Of a DNA stretch of 64,000 nt, positions 9,113-19,321 are shown piece by piece. The first letter of the stretch is position 1. Each line of letters begins with the position of its first letter. The stretch is taken from assembly GCA_947487955.1 (NCBI GenBank), contig CANKYV010000004.1:14892-78891 (forward strand). Reading direction: 5' to 3'. The notes under the pieces were generated by a model that made no database searches, was not told the origin of the DNA, and saw only the letters and a program-made list of their open reading frames with translations. The position numbers and the translations under genes were made by a program. This stretch comes from Alphaproteobacteria bacterium (GTDB lineage: Bacteria > Pseudomonadota > Alphaproteobacteria > Paracaedibacterales > CAITNM01).

Positions 9113-10474
9113 TTACTTCAGGATACATGCATAATTAGCTGCCATTTGAATAGAAGTAAGAATACCTAGAACCTCAATCGTATTAGTAGAAGTATTAAAC
9201 CTTAAAAGGGGACCACCACTCATCCCCTTCATTGCCGCTGCATCATGGCGCAAAGCCCCTTTTGGCGTAAGCGCTAAAATAGTTTCGCCTGGAAAAATTG
9301 GTCTATCTGCTGAATATTTAAGGGCACTATGGCTTTTCGTCATGACAAGAGGAGCAAAGCCCTCCTGTTGCACGAGCAGATTTTGCCCTGATACACCATA
9401 GTAAGAAAAAGAAGGATAGCCTAGCGCGTAATACTCATAATTTCCTGTAGGAAGCTGTTTTAAAACATTAATGTTAGCAAGTGTCACACCAGGACGATGA
9501 AATCCTTTATCTGCCAAGAAAAACCCATACCCACTATCTTCATGTAGGAAGTGTCTTGGAATATGGCTTTCTAGTATAGAAGTGTACGATCTACCTGTGG
9601 CTCGAAAGCTGGTAATACGCCGTACGTTATTATTATGGTCTGTATCATTACTTTCTTGGCGCAAATATTCAATAAAATGTTGTGTGCCAACTTCCTCAGC
9701 AAGTATACCTAGTGTTGCTGCTATACGCTCTGGCGAAGGAAGTCCTGTTTCAGGATTAAGACTACCCGCGCGCACAAAATAAAATTCAAGATCTGGGGAG
9801 AAATCGTGCAATGCTAAGGCATGACAGCATGTAGCAATCTCATTATATTGTCCATTTTTAGGAATAATCATACCACTCGCAGTTTCTACAATATCAGGCC
9901 CTTTGTGTGTATTCTTAACTACAAAAATACGTCCAAGCAGATGATTAATTGTTTGTCTAAAAATTTCTGGATTTGAGGGTGAGCCATTGGGAATCCCTTG
10001 AAACACAGCCTCTCCTATAAATCCTCTATTATTAACCACCTGATTTTCAATGTTTGCCAAATAAAAACGATCTGTAACAGCAGCTAATGTATAACGAAAA
10101 TATTCAGAAAAGGCCGCATTAGGCATTTGAAACGCAAAAGCACTAATATTATCATGCATAGTTCGTAAAGCATTTAAGAGCAGCAACGAATCTCGTGCGT
10201 TTGGTAAATCATGAGGGTTTCTAAACTCAATAAGATGCTTACAGAAAGCATCCAGTAGAATTGCATTTTGGTCTATTTCAGGTAATTTCTGAGGAGTTGC
10301 GTATGCCGGCACTAAGCCAATTTTGTATGCATTGATTAGGTTAGCAACATGTCGATCACAACCTACTGGAGGACTAGGTACGTTGTCAGCCAAAGGCATT
10401 GTTGCGCTTTCAAGCCGCGAGACACATAACAACAACACAACACAGCAAAAATTTAAAAAACTTTTTATATACAT
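9113..10474 (-). CDS. Secreted trypsin-like serine protease with a novel N-terminal region
   Basis: TCCHAL (His), EDSGYG (candidate Asp), GMSGGPL (Ser); signal peptide. Confidence 0.75.
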   Translation of the reverse strand: MYIKSFLNFCCVVLLLCVSRLESATMPLADNVPSPPVGCDRHVANLINAYKIGLVPAYATPQKLPEIDQNAILLDAFCKHLIEFRNPHDLPNARDSLLLLNALRTMHDNISAFAFQMPNAAFSEYFRYTLAAVTDRFYLANIENQVVNNRGFIGEAVFQGIPNGSPSNPEIFRQTINHLLGRIFVVKNTHKGPDIVETASGMIIPKNGQYNEIATCCHALALHDFSPDLEFYFVRAGSLNPETGLPSPERIAATLGILAEEVGTQHFIEYLRQESNDTDHNNNVRRITSFRATGRSYTSILESHIPRHFLHEDSGYGFFLADKGFHRPGVTLANINVLKQLPTGNYEYYALGYPSFSYYGVSGQNLLVQQEGFAPLVMTKSHSALKYSADRPIFPGETILALTPKGALRHDAAAMKGMSGGPLLRFNTSTNTIEVLGILTSIQMAANYACILK

Positions 10475-10546
10475 ATTTCATATAAATAATATACTTATCT
10501 GTATTATCTTATATTTTTATTAATAAAATTCTAAGATTATCAAAAT

Positions 10547-10714
10547 ATGCGGATTTTTTTAGTATTATTAACGTCGATTAATTTTGGTGGAATTTTTTCA
10601 GTGGAAAGGTTAGAACCTCTGGCTGAAATAACCATTGATGATGTTCGTCAATCTCTAGCAGTTTGCAATGCCCTACCCTTTAGCACAGTGGTGAAGAAAA
10701 ATTCATTGCTATGA
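10547..10714 (+). CDS. 55-aa signal-peptide ORF, possibly truncated
   Basis: Own translation MRIFLVLLTSINFGGIFSVERLEPLAE...; below the ORF track size. Confidence 0.4.
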   Translation: MRIFLVLLTSINFGGIFSVERLEPLAEITIDDVRQSLAVCNALPFSTVVKKNSLL

Positions 10715-10809
10715 CCATGAAATTTTTCTTCATTTGTGGTTAAGAAAATTTTAGCTAAGCTAGAAAAGTACGAGTAAATACTATCATGCTAAATTTTTAT
10801 AGGTGAGAT

Positions 10810-12648
10810 TTGAGCTTTATGCATTATATTGCTGTATTTCTTTTTTTTATCCTTACTGCATTAAATTCGTTGAAATGCTCTTTCTTCGAAATAGAGTTTG
10901 AAGATAATGCTACGATTTCTGCCCCATTATTTAGTGATAATGGCATGTTATTAAAGGGTAAAACCGATAGCACTATTATAACTTTTGAAAATTTCTATAT
11001 TATAGAAGCGCCAAATTCAAGTTACCCACTAAGTGATATTATTATAGAAGCACGATTAGAACGAGGCATGGTAAAAGATGCAAATGGCATTGTAAAAATC
11101 GCACCAGCTGTTTTTAGCTTGCTTTATAGCGAGTCGAGAAATTACAGAATTACTGTTGAATCACAAGCTAATCAATTAGCAAATCGATTTAGAGAAGGAA
11201 AGCATTTTACACGCGAGGAATACGCTCTAGGCATGCTGATTTATAGATTAATTCCAAACGCATCTACAGAAACATTTCAACAGTATTTTTCTCCTGAACG
11301 AGCTCAAGCTATTTATGCTACTTTCATGCAATCTTCATTTAGACCTGGAAGTGATTTCACGCTTAAAGAGCAGGAACGAGCGTTAAAAATTTTAAGAAAA
11401 CACAATGACTCTACATACTTAAACGCTCTAGAAAAAAAATTTTCTCAGGCACGCGCGCTGGCTCTTTATCAAAATTGGACTCACCGTCCTGGAACTGACT
11501 TTACTGATACAGAATTTGATAAAGCCATACAAATTCTACACGAAACACATTATAAAACAGAAGAAGATTACTTAACCGCATTACAGCAAAAATTTTCTCA
11601 AGTACGGACCCTTGCTCTTTATCAAAACTGGCCACACCGACCTGGAGCTAATTTTACTGATACAGAGTTTACAAAATCTATATCTCTTTTACAGAATTCA
11701 ATAGATACAACTGAGGAACATTGCTTACAAATATTACAACAAGCATTTTCCCCTGATCGTGCTCTAGCTCTTTACCAAAACTGGCCGTATCGCCCTGGTG
11801 CTGAGTTTACTGATACAGAATTTAATAAAACCATAAATCTTTTACGTAGTTTATGGCGTCCAACAAAAGCAGATTGTTTAAAAAGATTACAAGAAAATTT
11901 TTCTAAAATGCGTGCGCTAGCCCTTTACCAAAATTGGCCACAGCGACCTGGAGCTGATTTCACTGATACAGAATTTGATAGAGCCATGGCAATGATTTTA
12001 GCTGCTGAAAATAAAACCACAAAAGGCTATTTGGAAATACTATCAAAAGAATTCCCTCGAGCACGCGCGCTGGCTCTTTATCAAAATTGGACTCACCGTC
12101 CTGGAACTGACTTTACTAATGAAGAATTTGATAAAGCCATACAAATTCTATACGAAACACATGATAAAACTGAGGAAGGCTACTCAAATGCATTGAAACA
12201 AAAATTCTCTCAAGCACGCGCGCTGGCTCTCTATCGCAACTGGCCGCATCGTCCTGGTGCTGATTTTACTGATACAGAATTTGATAAAACCATGGAACTT
12301 CTCAAAAATGTGTCAGAGAAAACAGAAACTGCTTGTTTAGCCAAATTGCAAGAATATTTCGCTGATGAACGTGCTCTAGCTCTTTTCATAAACAGACCAG
12401 ACCGACCTGGGGCTGACTTTACTAAATTTGAATTGAGTAAAACCACATGGTTACTGCAAAAAGCAACATCTCAAAATGAGCAAGGCTATCTAAATGCTCT
12501 ACAAACAGTATTTTCTTTTGAGCGTGCGCAGGCTCTTTTAAATGCATTTGTTAGCGGAGATCTGATTGTACCAAAGACTCAAGAGGAAAAAGTGGCAGAT
12601 GAAATACATTGCAAATTTCGTGGAGAAGAACTTTATAAAGGTGGTTAG
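10810..12648 (+). CDS. Secreted protein with nine ~51-aa tandem repeats
   Basis: Signal peptide; RALALYQNWPHRPGADFTDTEF core every 153 bp. Confidence 0.9.
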   Translation: MSFMHYIAVFLFFILTALNSLKCSFFEIEFEDNATISAPLFSDNGMLLKGKTDSTIITFENFYIIEAPNSSYPLSDIIIEARLERGMVKDANGIVKIAPAVFSLLYSESRNYRITVESQANQLANRFREGKHFTREEYALGMLIYRLIPNASTETFQQYFSPERAQAIYATFMQSSFRPGSDFTLKEQERALKILRKHNDSTYLNALEKKFSQARALALYQNWTHRPGTDFTDTEFDKAIQILHETHYKTEEDYLTALQQKFSQVRTLALYQNWPHRPGANFTDTEFTKSISLLQNSIDTTEEHCLQILQQAFSPDRALALYQNWPYRPGAEFTDTEFNKTINLLRSLWRPTKADCLKRLQENFSKMRALALYQNWPQRPGADFTDTEFDRAMAMILAAENKTTKGYLEILSKEFPRARALALYQNWTHRPGTDFTNEEFDKAIQILYETHDKTEEGYSNALKQKFSQARALALYRNWPHRPGADFTDTEFDKTMELLKNVSEKTETACLAKLQEYFADERALALFINRPDRPGADFTKFELSKTTWLLQKATSQNEQGYLNALQTVFSFERAQALLNAFVSGDLIVPKTQEEKVADEIHCKFRGEELYKGG

Positions 12649-12740
12649 CGGTACTGCAATATTTCTTTTCTTCATTTGTTATTAAGAAAATCTCGGTTAA
12701 GCTAAAAAATGAAATGAATCTATAGCTTAAACAGAGGGAT

Positions 12741-13538
12741 ATGAAATATTGTTTCAGCTCACTATTGATTTTCTTGTTATTAGCTGGAATGAAAATTGAT
12801 GCTTGCTGTTGTTGGACAAAATCAGATGATGTGGATGATTTAGCTAGGCGAGATAGCTTAGCAAAACGTGAATATTCTTTTTCTACCAATTCTAGCAGTT
12901 CAGATGAAAGGTTCTCAGAACAATCGAATCCCTCTGCCTTAAAAAATCGAAAAGAATCTTTCTCTATTTTTACTGTTTGCGACGGAAATTTTTCACAAGA
13001 TGTTATAGGAACAACTAAAGAAATTTTACTATGTCAACACAAATTTAATGAAGAATCTGCAGCGTGCTTTATATGGTTAAAGAATTGCTTAATGAACAAC
13101 TTTGATTATGAAGGTCCTTTAGAAAAAACACGTGATATAAGACAGCATGCCCTAAAATATTTAAACGAGAGAGGGGATTTTTTTCCTCAAGACTACTTAG
13201 AAGACTCAAAAATAAACTTAGTATATGCACTACAAGTGCTGCTTCAAAAACGTTATGCATTGCTTAATTATTGTATGAGAATCGTACTTGATGATTCGCC
13301 AGCAACAAGTGAGTTTTTTTTGCATTTCCCAGACAAAATTTCTATCACACAAAAATTTCCCGAGTACTTGGCAAATTTTGTTGCAAGCAATCCTACAACG
13401 AAAATGCCTAAAACTTTAACAGATAGTCTTTCTAGAGCAAACACTTGGATAACTATTACTGCGGCTTTTAATTCTTATCCGACAAATAAGGGTTATTTAG
13501 AGCGTTTTTGTATGATGCTAACAAGAGTAAGAAATTAG
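12741..13538 (+). CDS. Secreted hypothetical protein, probable distant paralog of 50143..50865
   Basis: Signal peptide; FNEESA and SITQKFP motifs. Confidence 0.75.
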   Translation: MKYCFSSLLIFLLLAGMKIDACCCWTKSDDVDDLARRDSLAKREYSFSTNSSSSDERFSEQSNPSALKNRKESFSIFTVCDGNFSQDVIGTTKEILLCQHKFNEESAACFIWLKNCLMNNFDYEGPLEKTRDIRQHALKYLNERGDFFPQDYLEDSKINLVYALQVLLQKRYALLNYCMRIVLDDSPATSEFFLHFPDKISITQKFPEYLANFVASNPTTKMPKTLTDSLSRANTWITITAAFNSYPTNKGYLERFCMMLTRVRN

Positions 13539-13587
13539 TACTCGTCAGAGATCTAATAAAGAATACTGATTACCAGCTCAGTAGTTG

Positions 13588-14202
13588 TTAATGCTCGAGA
13601 ACATTTTTATAAGGTAGCAAAATGTCTGCGACATCAGTAAAACCGCATTTTACAGCTTTAGCGTAAGCATTGCTTATACCATTTTTGTTAGGACAAAGTT
13701 GCCCTGCTGAACGATCTAGTAACAGTCTTGCCATTGCTGCTTTGCAATATATCGTTGCTATCCATAAAGCCTCATTCATGCCCCACTGATCAGGCCTAAG
13801 TTGTTGTTCTGAGAGGTTAATCAAGTATCTTACTAAAGGTTGGTTATCAAAAGCCGCGGCATTAAAAAGGACATCATTAATGCGACATGGAGATGGAGAT
13901 AGCTGACTTTCATGAGGTGTTAGTAAAAAATCCATTGTACACCGCCAGTTTGAGATAGCAGCATTTGAAAATATTTTATCTACTTGATATTGGTTAAGCC
14001 TTTTGTCTTTCAGGTCTTTTGTCAGTTTATGAAGTGATTTTTCTTCAGCAGTAGTCATGGTAAGCTGAAGATCTATATGTATGATTTGGGTTGGTTTTCT
14101 GGTTAAGACAATAACGTCATTATCAACACCGGCTTCCATACCCAATATTTTTGGCAAGATTAAGCACAAAGTTAAAACTTTTAGGCAAAAAGAACTTTTC
14201 AT
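13588..14202 (-). CDS. Secreted protein with ~34-aa ankyrin-like helical repeats
   Basis: Four units such as PSPCRINDVLFNAAAFDNQPLVRYLINLSEQQLR; signal ending ILG-ME. Confidence 0.65.
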   Translation of the reverse strand: MKSSFCLKVLTLCLILPKILGMEAGVDNDVIVLTRKPTQIIHIDLQLTMTTAEEKSLHKLTKDLKDKRLNQYQVDKIFSNAAISNWRCTMDFLLTPHESQLSPSPCRINDVLFNAAAFDNQPLVRYLINLSEQQLRPDQWGMNEALWIATIYCKAAMARLLLDRSAGQLCPNKNGISNAYAKAVKCGFTDVADILLPYKNVLEH

Positions 14203-14326
14203 AAAATATCTTATCTAAAGATACGATAATATTTTATGATATTAACTATTAATTTTGCATTAATTGATAATTTTGAATTTAAATAACAAATAAAGCTTTT
14301 CAGCTGCTTTCTATTTCTTTAAAAAT

Positions 14327-14890
14327 TTAGAGTCGCTTGCGACGTTTCCACCACCAATAAGCTGCTATTAATACGACAACAGCACCGATTCCTAGCATAA
14401 AGTAATGCTCGGCTTTTTCGAGGTTTTTAAGGAGGGATTCAAGCATATCACCCATAGCGTAGCCGCTGTAACAGCTAATCGTTGTCCAGATGAAGGCAGA
14501 GAGTATATTCAAAGGAGTGAAACGCTTATGCTCAATATTTGCAGCACCAATCACAATTGGGCTAATCACACGAATACCATATATGAAACGGAAAACTAGA
14601 ATAAACCAGCGATCGAAACGGTGTAAAAGTTTAAAAGCACGGTCAGCACGAGGACGAAGTTTTGGGAATTTTTCAAAAAACGTTGGACCGTAACGCCTTC
14701 CAACCAAAAACAAACCTTGGTCAACAACCACCGTTGTGCAAAAGGTGATAGCCATAACTTTGTAAAAATCTAAATAGCCGAGTGAAGAAAGTGCAGACGC
14801 TGTTAGAATAACGGTTTCGCCTTCAACAATGGCACCAAGGAAAACAGCAATATAGCCCCATTCATGTACGAAAGATAAAAATGATTCCAT
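14327..14890 (-). CDS. DedA family membrane protein
   Basis: EGETV, GRRYG, RFIYGIR and F..LNILSAFIW motifs. Confidence 0.9.
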   Translation of the reverse strand: MESFLSFVHEWGYIAVFLGAIVEGETVILTASALSSLGYLDFYKVMAITFCTTVVVDQGLFLVGRRYGPTFFEKFPKLRPRADRAFKLLHRFDRWFILVFRFIYGIRVISPIVIGAANIEHKRFTPLNILSAFIWTTISCYSGYAMGDMLESLLKNLEKAEHYFMLGIGAVVVLIAAYWWWKRRKRL

Positions 14891-15011
14891 ATAGTGTTCA
14901 ACCTCACTGATCTTGAGATACTAACAAACTTTGATCCAAAAGACTATGCTTGGGCAATCTTTTTATCTATTACTGATTTTTGCACTATTTTGTTAAAAAC
15001 AAGTAAATCTA

Positions 15012-16475
15012 TCAGAAGCACGATGCGTATTCAGAGGTTCTTATCCTAGGGGATGGAATAAACCAGACTCGGTTATTTTTAAAATCTTTACCTCTCATAA
15101 CGCTTAAAACACTTCTAATTCGGCTCTCATATGCTGCAGTATCACAAGCGCCTGAAACTCTTAAAACTTTCCCGAACTGTTGAAAAAGACTAGATTTTAA
15201 ACGAGTTTCTCCATTGAGATCGCTTGTTATTTCAGCTCCGTGAAAATTTTGATTAAAGTGAAAATAGCCATCGGGTTCTATTCTGGTAACCTCACCAGTT
15301 TGAGTATTCGTGACGACAAGATCAAGCTCACTGCACAAATTTGGATCGTACACATTACCTTTTACCTTGTAATGAGAACCCAACTCCCTCTTCACTCGTA
15401 TTTCAAAACCGGATGGTTTCGTTTTCTTTACTGGTTCACTGTTGATTACTGCCCTTAAATCTAAAATAAGCTTTCTTTGCCTTTTTAATACATCTGTTGG
15501 CATTTCTTGTGTGGGATCAAAGCAAAAATTTGCTGATGAACCTGTTTCAGGCTTGCAAATGAAATCGAGAAGCAAACCCCGGTATAAATTCTTTTTGTTG
15601 GGGATGGCATCTTTTATAAATCGTTCTCGTTGCACATCATCAGCATAAGTATCTAATAAATCTGCCAACGTAGTAATTGCTACATCCAGCGGAAAATCCG
15701 TTGGTTCAAATTGTTCTTTAATTCTTGAAAAGGCTTTTCCGCTCATCATGTTATAGCCAATGACGATGTTGGTCAGAATTTCTGCAATCTCTTTCTTTTT
15801 ATAAAAACCTAAGTTGTTGTTTTGAATTTTTCTTCTTGCACGATCAACAATGTTTCCTAAGTACGCGTGAAACTCAAAGCCTGCAGAAGAATCCAAAGAA
15901 GAAGATGATGATGTTTCCTCAACATCGCGCTGTTCTGGGCAAATAGGACAGAAAGATACAAACATTCCTGATTGTTTTTTTGGAAAATATTGTGATTGCG
16001 CCATTGCATAGAATAATTTCGTATAGCCTAAATCGTCCAAACGTGGAGGTTGATAACCCCACTCCCATAATTGATTCTCAAGCGCATCAAAAAGATAATG
16101 ACTCGAAAAATAGCATTCTGAAAGAGAAATTGCGCATTGGATAATATCCAACAAATCATTTTGATTAAAGGAGTCAGCGACTAAATTGCTATAAAGCCAA
16201 GACGACATATTTTTTAATTTTGCTTTGGATTTTGTCCCTAAAGGAAGAATATAATTCGTCTGTTTTCTGTACCTATTAATTTCTGCCTTAAAATCATTTA
16301 TAGAATCAAGCTGATCCCTTGCCGACATTTTTTCAACGTGTGCATTGAGCCATCTAGGGTTTTCGCGCTGCATTAGTTGATCTGTATCACTAACGCGATG
16401 AACTGCACTTGCACACAAGCATACAGAAAAAGTTTCTACAGCTAATATAAATATTCTTAATAATTTACGCATCAT
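15012..16475 (-). CDS. Secreted protein with a C-terminal RAP-like (PD-(D/E)xK fold) domain
   Basis: SGFEIRVKREL...ELDLVV...IEPDGYFHF...NGETRLKSSLFQQFGKVLRVS. Confidence 0.6.
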   Translation of the reverse strand: MMRKLLRIFILAVETFSVCLCASAVHRVSDTDQLMQRENPRWLNAHVEKMSARDQLDSINDFKAEINRYRKQTNYILPLGTKSKAKLKNMSSWLYSNLVADSFNQNDLLDIIQCAISLSECYFSSHYLFDALENQLWEWGYQPPRLDDLGYTKLFYAMAQSQYFPKKQSGMFVSFCPICPEQRDVEETSSSSSLDSSAGFEFHAYLGNIVDRARRKIQNNNLGFYKKKEIAEILTNIVIGYNMMSGKAFSRIKEQFEPTDFPLDVAITTLADLLDTYADDVQRERFIKDAIPNKKNLYRGLLLDFICKPETGSSANFCFDPTQEMPTDVLKRQRKLILDLRAVINSEPVKKTKPSGFEIRVKRELGSHYKVKGNVYDPNLCSELDLVVTNTQTGEVTRIEPDGYFHFNQNFHGAEITSDLNGETRLKSSLFQQFGKVLRVSGACDTAAYESRIRSVLSVMRGKDFKNNRVWFIPSPRIRTSEYASCF

Positions 16476-16677
16476 GTCGAGACATTTCTAAATTCAAAAT
16501 GGTATTTATAATGACATCATATTTTTTTATGAAAAGTCGTGAAAAATAAATAAATTTAACGCAACCAAACATTCTCTGTGATTATATTTATAACTAATTT
16601 ATTAATTTTTTATTATATTTTTATTAATGTTTTAATTTTATATTTTGTTTAGTACGATTCATTACAAGGTATGAAAC

Positions 16678-17922
16678 ATGAAAATGTATTCGATAATAAG
16701 TTTAGCTTGGACATTATTCACCCTACAAATAACAGCAAACGCCAGTCATGGGGACTCTTATTGCGAAAGTATTGTTGATCAATTTTTAGCTAAACCTCCT
16801 ATGCTAGGATGCAAAGGTGAAGCTGGGAACGTAACTCCAGATGATTCATTGGGCGCCCCTTCCGATTGCAGCCATGTTATTGCCCTCTTAAATGACCCCG
16901 CCATTCCAGTACCAACAAGCCAATCTATCCACCCCATTATTAAATGGAAATTATCTGACATGAGTCTTGAGAACACCGCTGTATACTTAGTTAGTATGGC
17001 GTTTGTAAACTTCTACGCTAATCGTTTCTGGGAAATTTCCAATATGGAACAAGAGAGCCTAACCCCAGAGGGCTGCGAAAAACTACGTCATTCTGTCAGA
17101 ACAGGTGACGCACTACTTGAGAGAATTATTGCAGACTGTAGCGCTGATCAGCCTTTTGAACACAGGCATTATGTGTATATGAAATTATCCCTCATGAAAT
17201 TTCTTAGGGAGGCTAGCTTTGGGGTTGGCGGGATAAGTAACACTAGCTGGTGGAAAGCTAATGTTGGCCTCGCTCGATTATGCCATCCAAAAATTGTGCA
17301 TGAGATCATGACAGAAACCACGCGCAATCTTATAGGAGAATGGAGCGCATTATATTGCAGTGCAAGTTCTTGTGAAATGCTAAATGCATTATCAGCTGTT
17401 GAGCTAAATGCTGTGGCAGCTCCAACTTTTGTTGGGACGAGAAGTATTACAGAAACAGAGAAACACAAAAAGTTTTTTAAAGTTTTCAATCCGAGTCGAT
17501 CGCTTGAGGATCCTAAATGGAATGAACTAGTGAATAGTGTTCAGCAAAGCCCTCATCACTCAGCAGATTTTAACAACGCCAATTGTGTTTTTGTAGAAGC
17601 ATTGTGGACGGTATTTTCCAAAAAAGAGATCTATTTAGCTGCGATAAAGCGGGTTCTTGAAGGGAATGAAGCGGATATCGATTCCGTTTTTATGCATTTA
17701 GCCTTTGGTCGGAGACCTTCAAAAGATTATATTCAACGAAGCGCCGGGGCTGTATTAGGCAAAATCATCAGCCATGAGTATGATCATATAATAGAAACGC
17801 TGAGAAGTAATAACGTACATGTAGCTTCCCCTAGGAATGGTGAATATGCAGAGCTATATAACAAATTGGATGAAGCGGATACGTGGAATAAGATTATTCA
17901 AGCGTATAGAGAGATAACTTGA
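16678..17922 (+). CDS. Secreted hypothetical protein
   Basis: 414-aa ORF with signal peptide; no recognised motif. Confidence 0.75.
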   Translation: MKMYSIISLAWTLFTLQITANASHGDSYCESIVDQFLAKPPMLGCKGEAGNVTPDDSLGAPSDCSHVIALLNDPAIPVPTSQSIHPIIKWKLSDMSLENTAVYLVSMAFVNFYANRFWEISNMEQESLTPEGCEKLRHSVRTGDALLERIIADCSADQPFEHRHYVYMKLSLMKFLREASFGVGGISNTSWWKANVGLARLCHPKIVHEIMTETTRNLIGEWSALYCSASSCEMLNALSAVELNAVAAPTFVGTRSITETEKHKKFFKVFNPSRSLEDPKWNELVNSVQQSPHHSADFNNANCVFVEALWTVFSKKEIYLAAIKRVLEGNEADIDSVFMHLAFGRRPSKDYIQRSAGAVLGKIISHEYDHIIETLRSNNVHVASPRNGEYAELYNKLDEADTWNKIIQAYREIT

Positions 17923-17924
17923 TA

Positions 17925-18176
17925 TCGCCTACTCACAGCTATAGCCAGACTCATATAAATTGAGCACATAAATTTAGATTGCCGCGCAATCTTAGATTGC
18001 TCGCAAAGACTTTAAACGCTTAATTTTTGTCTTCACGAGGAGCATAAGCGACGTAGCGATCTTATAATTAAATTGTAGTGTTCTGACTATATTCCCAACA
18101 ATATCACAAGGATACTCAACCAAAAGATATTGATGAGAGACTTGCAGGTGTGTTCAATTTTCTATTTTCATCCTCG
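17925..18176 (-). pseudogene. Displaced copy of the ccmF 3' end, interrupted by a MITE
   Basis: Reads IEHTCKSLINIFWLSILVILLGI[MITE]AVSRRY versus CcmF IELTHKPLINIFWLGILIVLIGIGVSARC; exact 20-bp core ccaaaagatattgatgagag. Confidence 0.85.
17940..18091. mobile_element. ~150-bp MITE (copy 1) with TA target duplication
   Basis: Ends tatagccaga...tctgactata; near-identical copy at 50988-51138. Confidence 0.85.
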
Positions 18177-18232
18177 ATCTGCAATAGCCGAAGGGCTATA
18201 ATCACAAGGATCAAAAGATTAAGGCTGAATAT

Positions 18233-19321
18233 ATGATTTTTCGGATAGTTGATAAAATTTTTTTAGGTATTTATTTACTTTGGATAGGATTTAGTCATGT
18301 AGGGGAAGTATATAATTGTATTTTAATAGATGTATTTGCACATCAAGTAGGCTCACCAGTATTTGGTGAGCATGACCCCATTAAAATCAAGCAGCATCTT
18401 AATAATGGTATAAATCCAAATAGTACTTGTTTAAGTGGTCTTACACCCTTGCATTGGAGTAGAAATGCTGAAACAACTCGGGTTCTGATTGAAGCAGGGG
18501 CAAAAATTAATGCTAGGGACAGCAATCTCGATACGCCACTTCATCTTGTCCCTGATGCTCAATCAGTAAAGTTGCTTATTGCACATGGAGCGAGCCTAAA
18601 TGCTAGAAATTATACAGGAGATACACCACTTCATACGGCAAAAAATGCTGAAATTGCTCAAGCTCTATTAGATGCAGGGGCAGATATTAATGCCTATAAT
18701 CGCCTTCGGCAAACACCTCTTCATGTGCACCATGATAGAGTAAATACTACCAGCGAAGAGTTAAAAAGTAAGAGAACAGAAATTGTCGACTTGTTAGTTA
18801 GGTCTGGCAGCAATACAAATTTAACAGATCGAATAGGTAATAAGCCTTTAACGCAGACTTCTAAAAACTTTGATGTTAATCTTTATAGCTCAGATACAAT
18901 ACGATATGTGATAAGCGGCATACTTTTTTCTATTGGTATAGTATTTCTTTTCGCATCACGCATCTTCAACAACAGAACAAGACAAATTTTTGGCTGGATT
19001 AGTTTACTGAGTAATCCATTTTTATTATTTTTTTCTCTAACATCCTATATACCCATGACTAGTGTATTATACTGGCTACCCGGATCGGTGGCTTTTATAA
19101 CATTACTACACTGCTTTGCTAGTTTTATTTTTTATCATCGGTTTATGCTTTTTATTAGCAAATCAACTTTCGATACGTATTTATCAAAAAGTTTATCATA
19201 TTGTTTATGTCTTATCCCATATTCTATTCTATTAATTACTTTCGGGGGTCCAGAACTAATTTTAGGTGCAATTATTTCCTGTCCTTTGCTGCTCATGATT
19301 ATTATTTATAGACGCCGTTAA
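18233..19321 (+). CDS. Ankyrin-repeat protein with C-terminal transmembrane helices
   Basis: Repeated TPLH...LI.AGA.INARD units; hydrophobic C-terminus. Confidence 0.9.
   Translation: MIFRIVDKIFLGIYLLWIGFSHVGEVYNCILIDVFAHQVGSPVFGEHDPIKIKQHLNNGINPNSTCLSGLTPLHWSRNAETTRVLIEAGAKINARDSNLDTPLHLVPDAQSVKLLIAHGASLNARNYTGDTPLHTAKNAEIAQALLDAGADINAYNRLRQTPLHVHHDRVNTTSEELKSKRTEIVDLLVRSGSNTNLTDRIGNKPLTQTSKNFDVNLYSSDTIRYVISGILFSIGIVFLFASRIFNNRTRQIFGWISLLSNPFLLFFSLTSYIPMTSVLYWLPGSVAFITLLHCFASFIFYHRFMLFISKSTFDTYLSKSLSYCLCLIPYSILLITFGGPELILGAIISCPLLLMIIIYRRR

Noticed and set aside
11191-12549. CRISPR-like constant/variable periodicity at DNA level
   Set aside because: The 153-bp period is in frame within an ORF, repeats differ at synonymous sites, and no cas genes are present.
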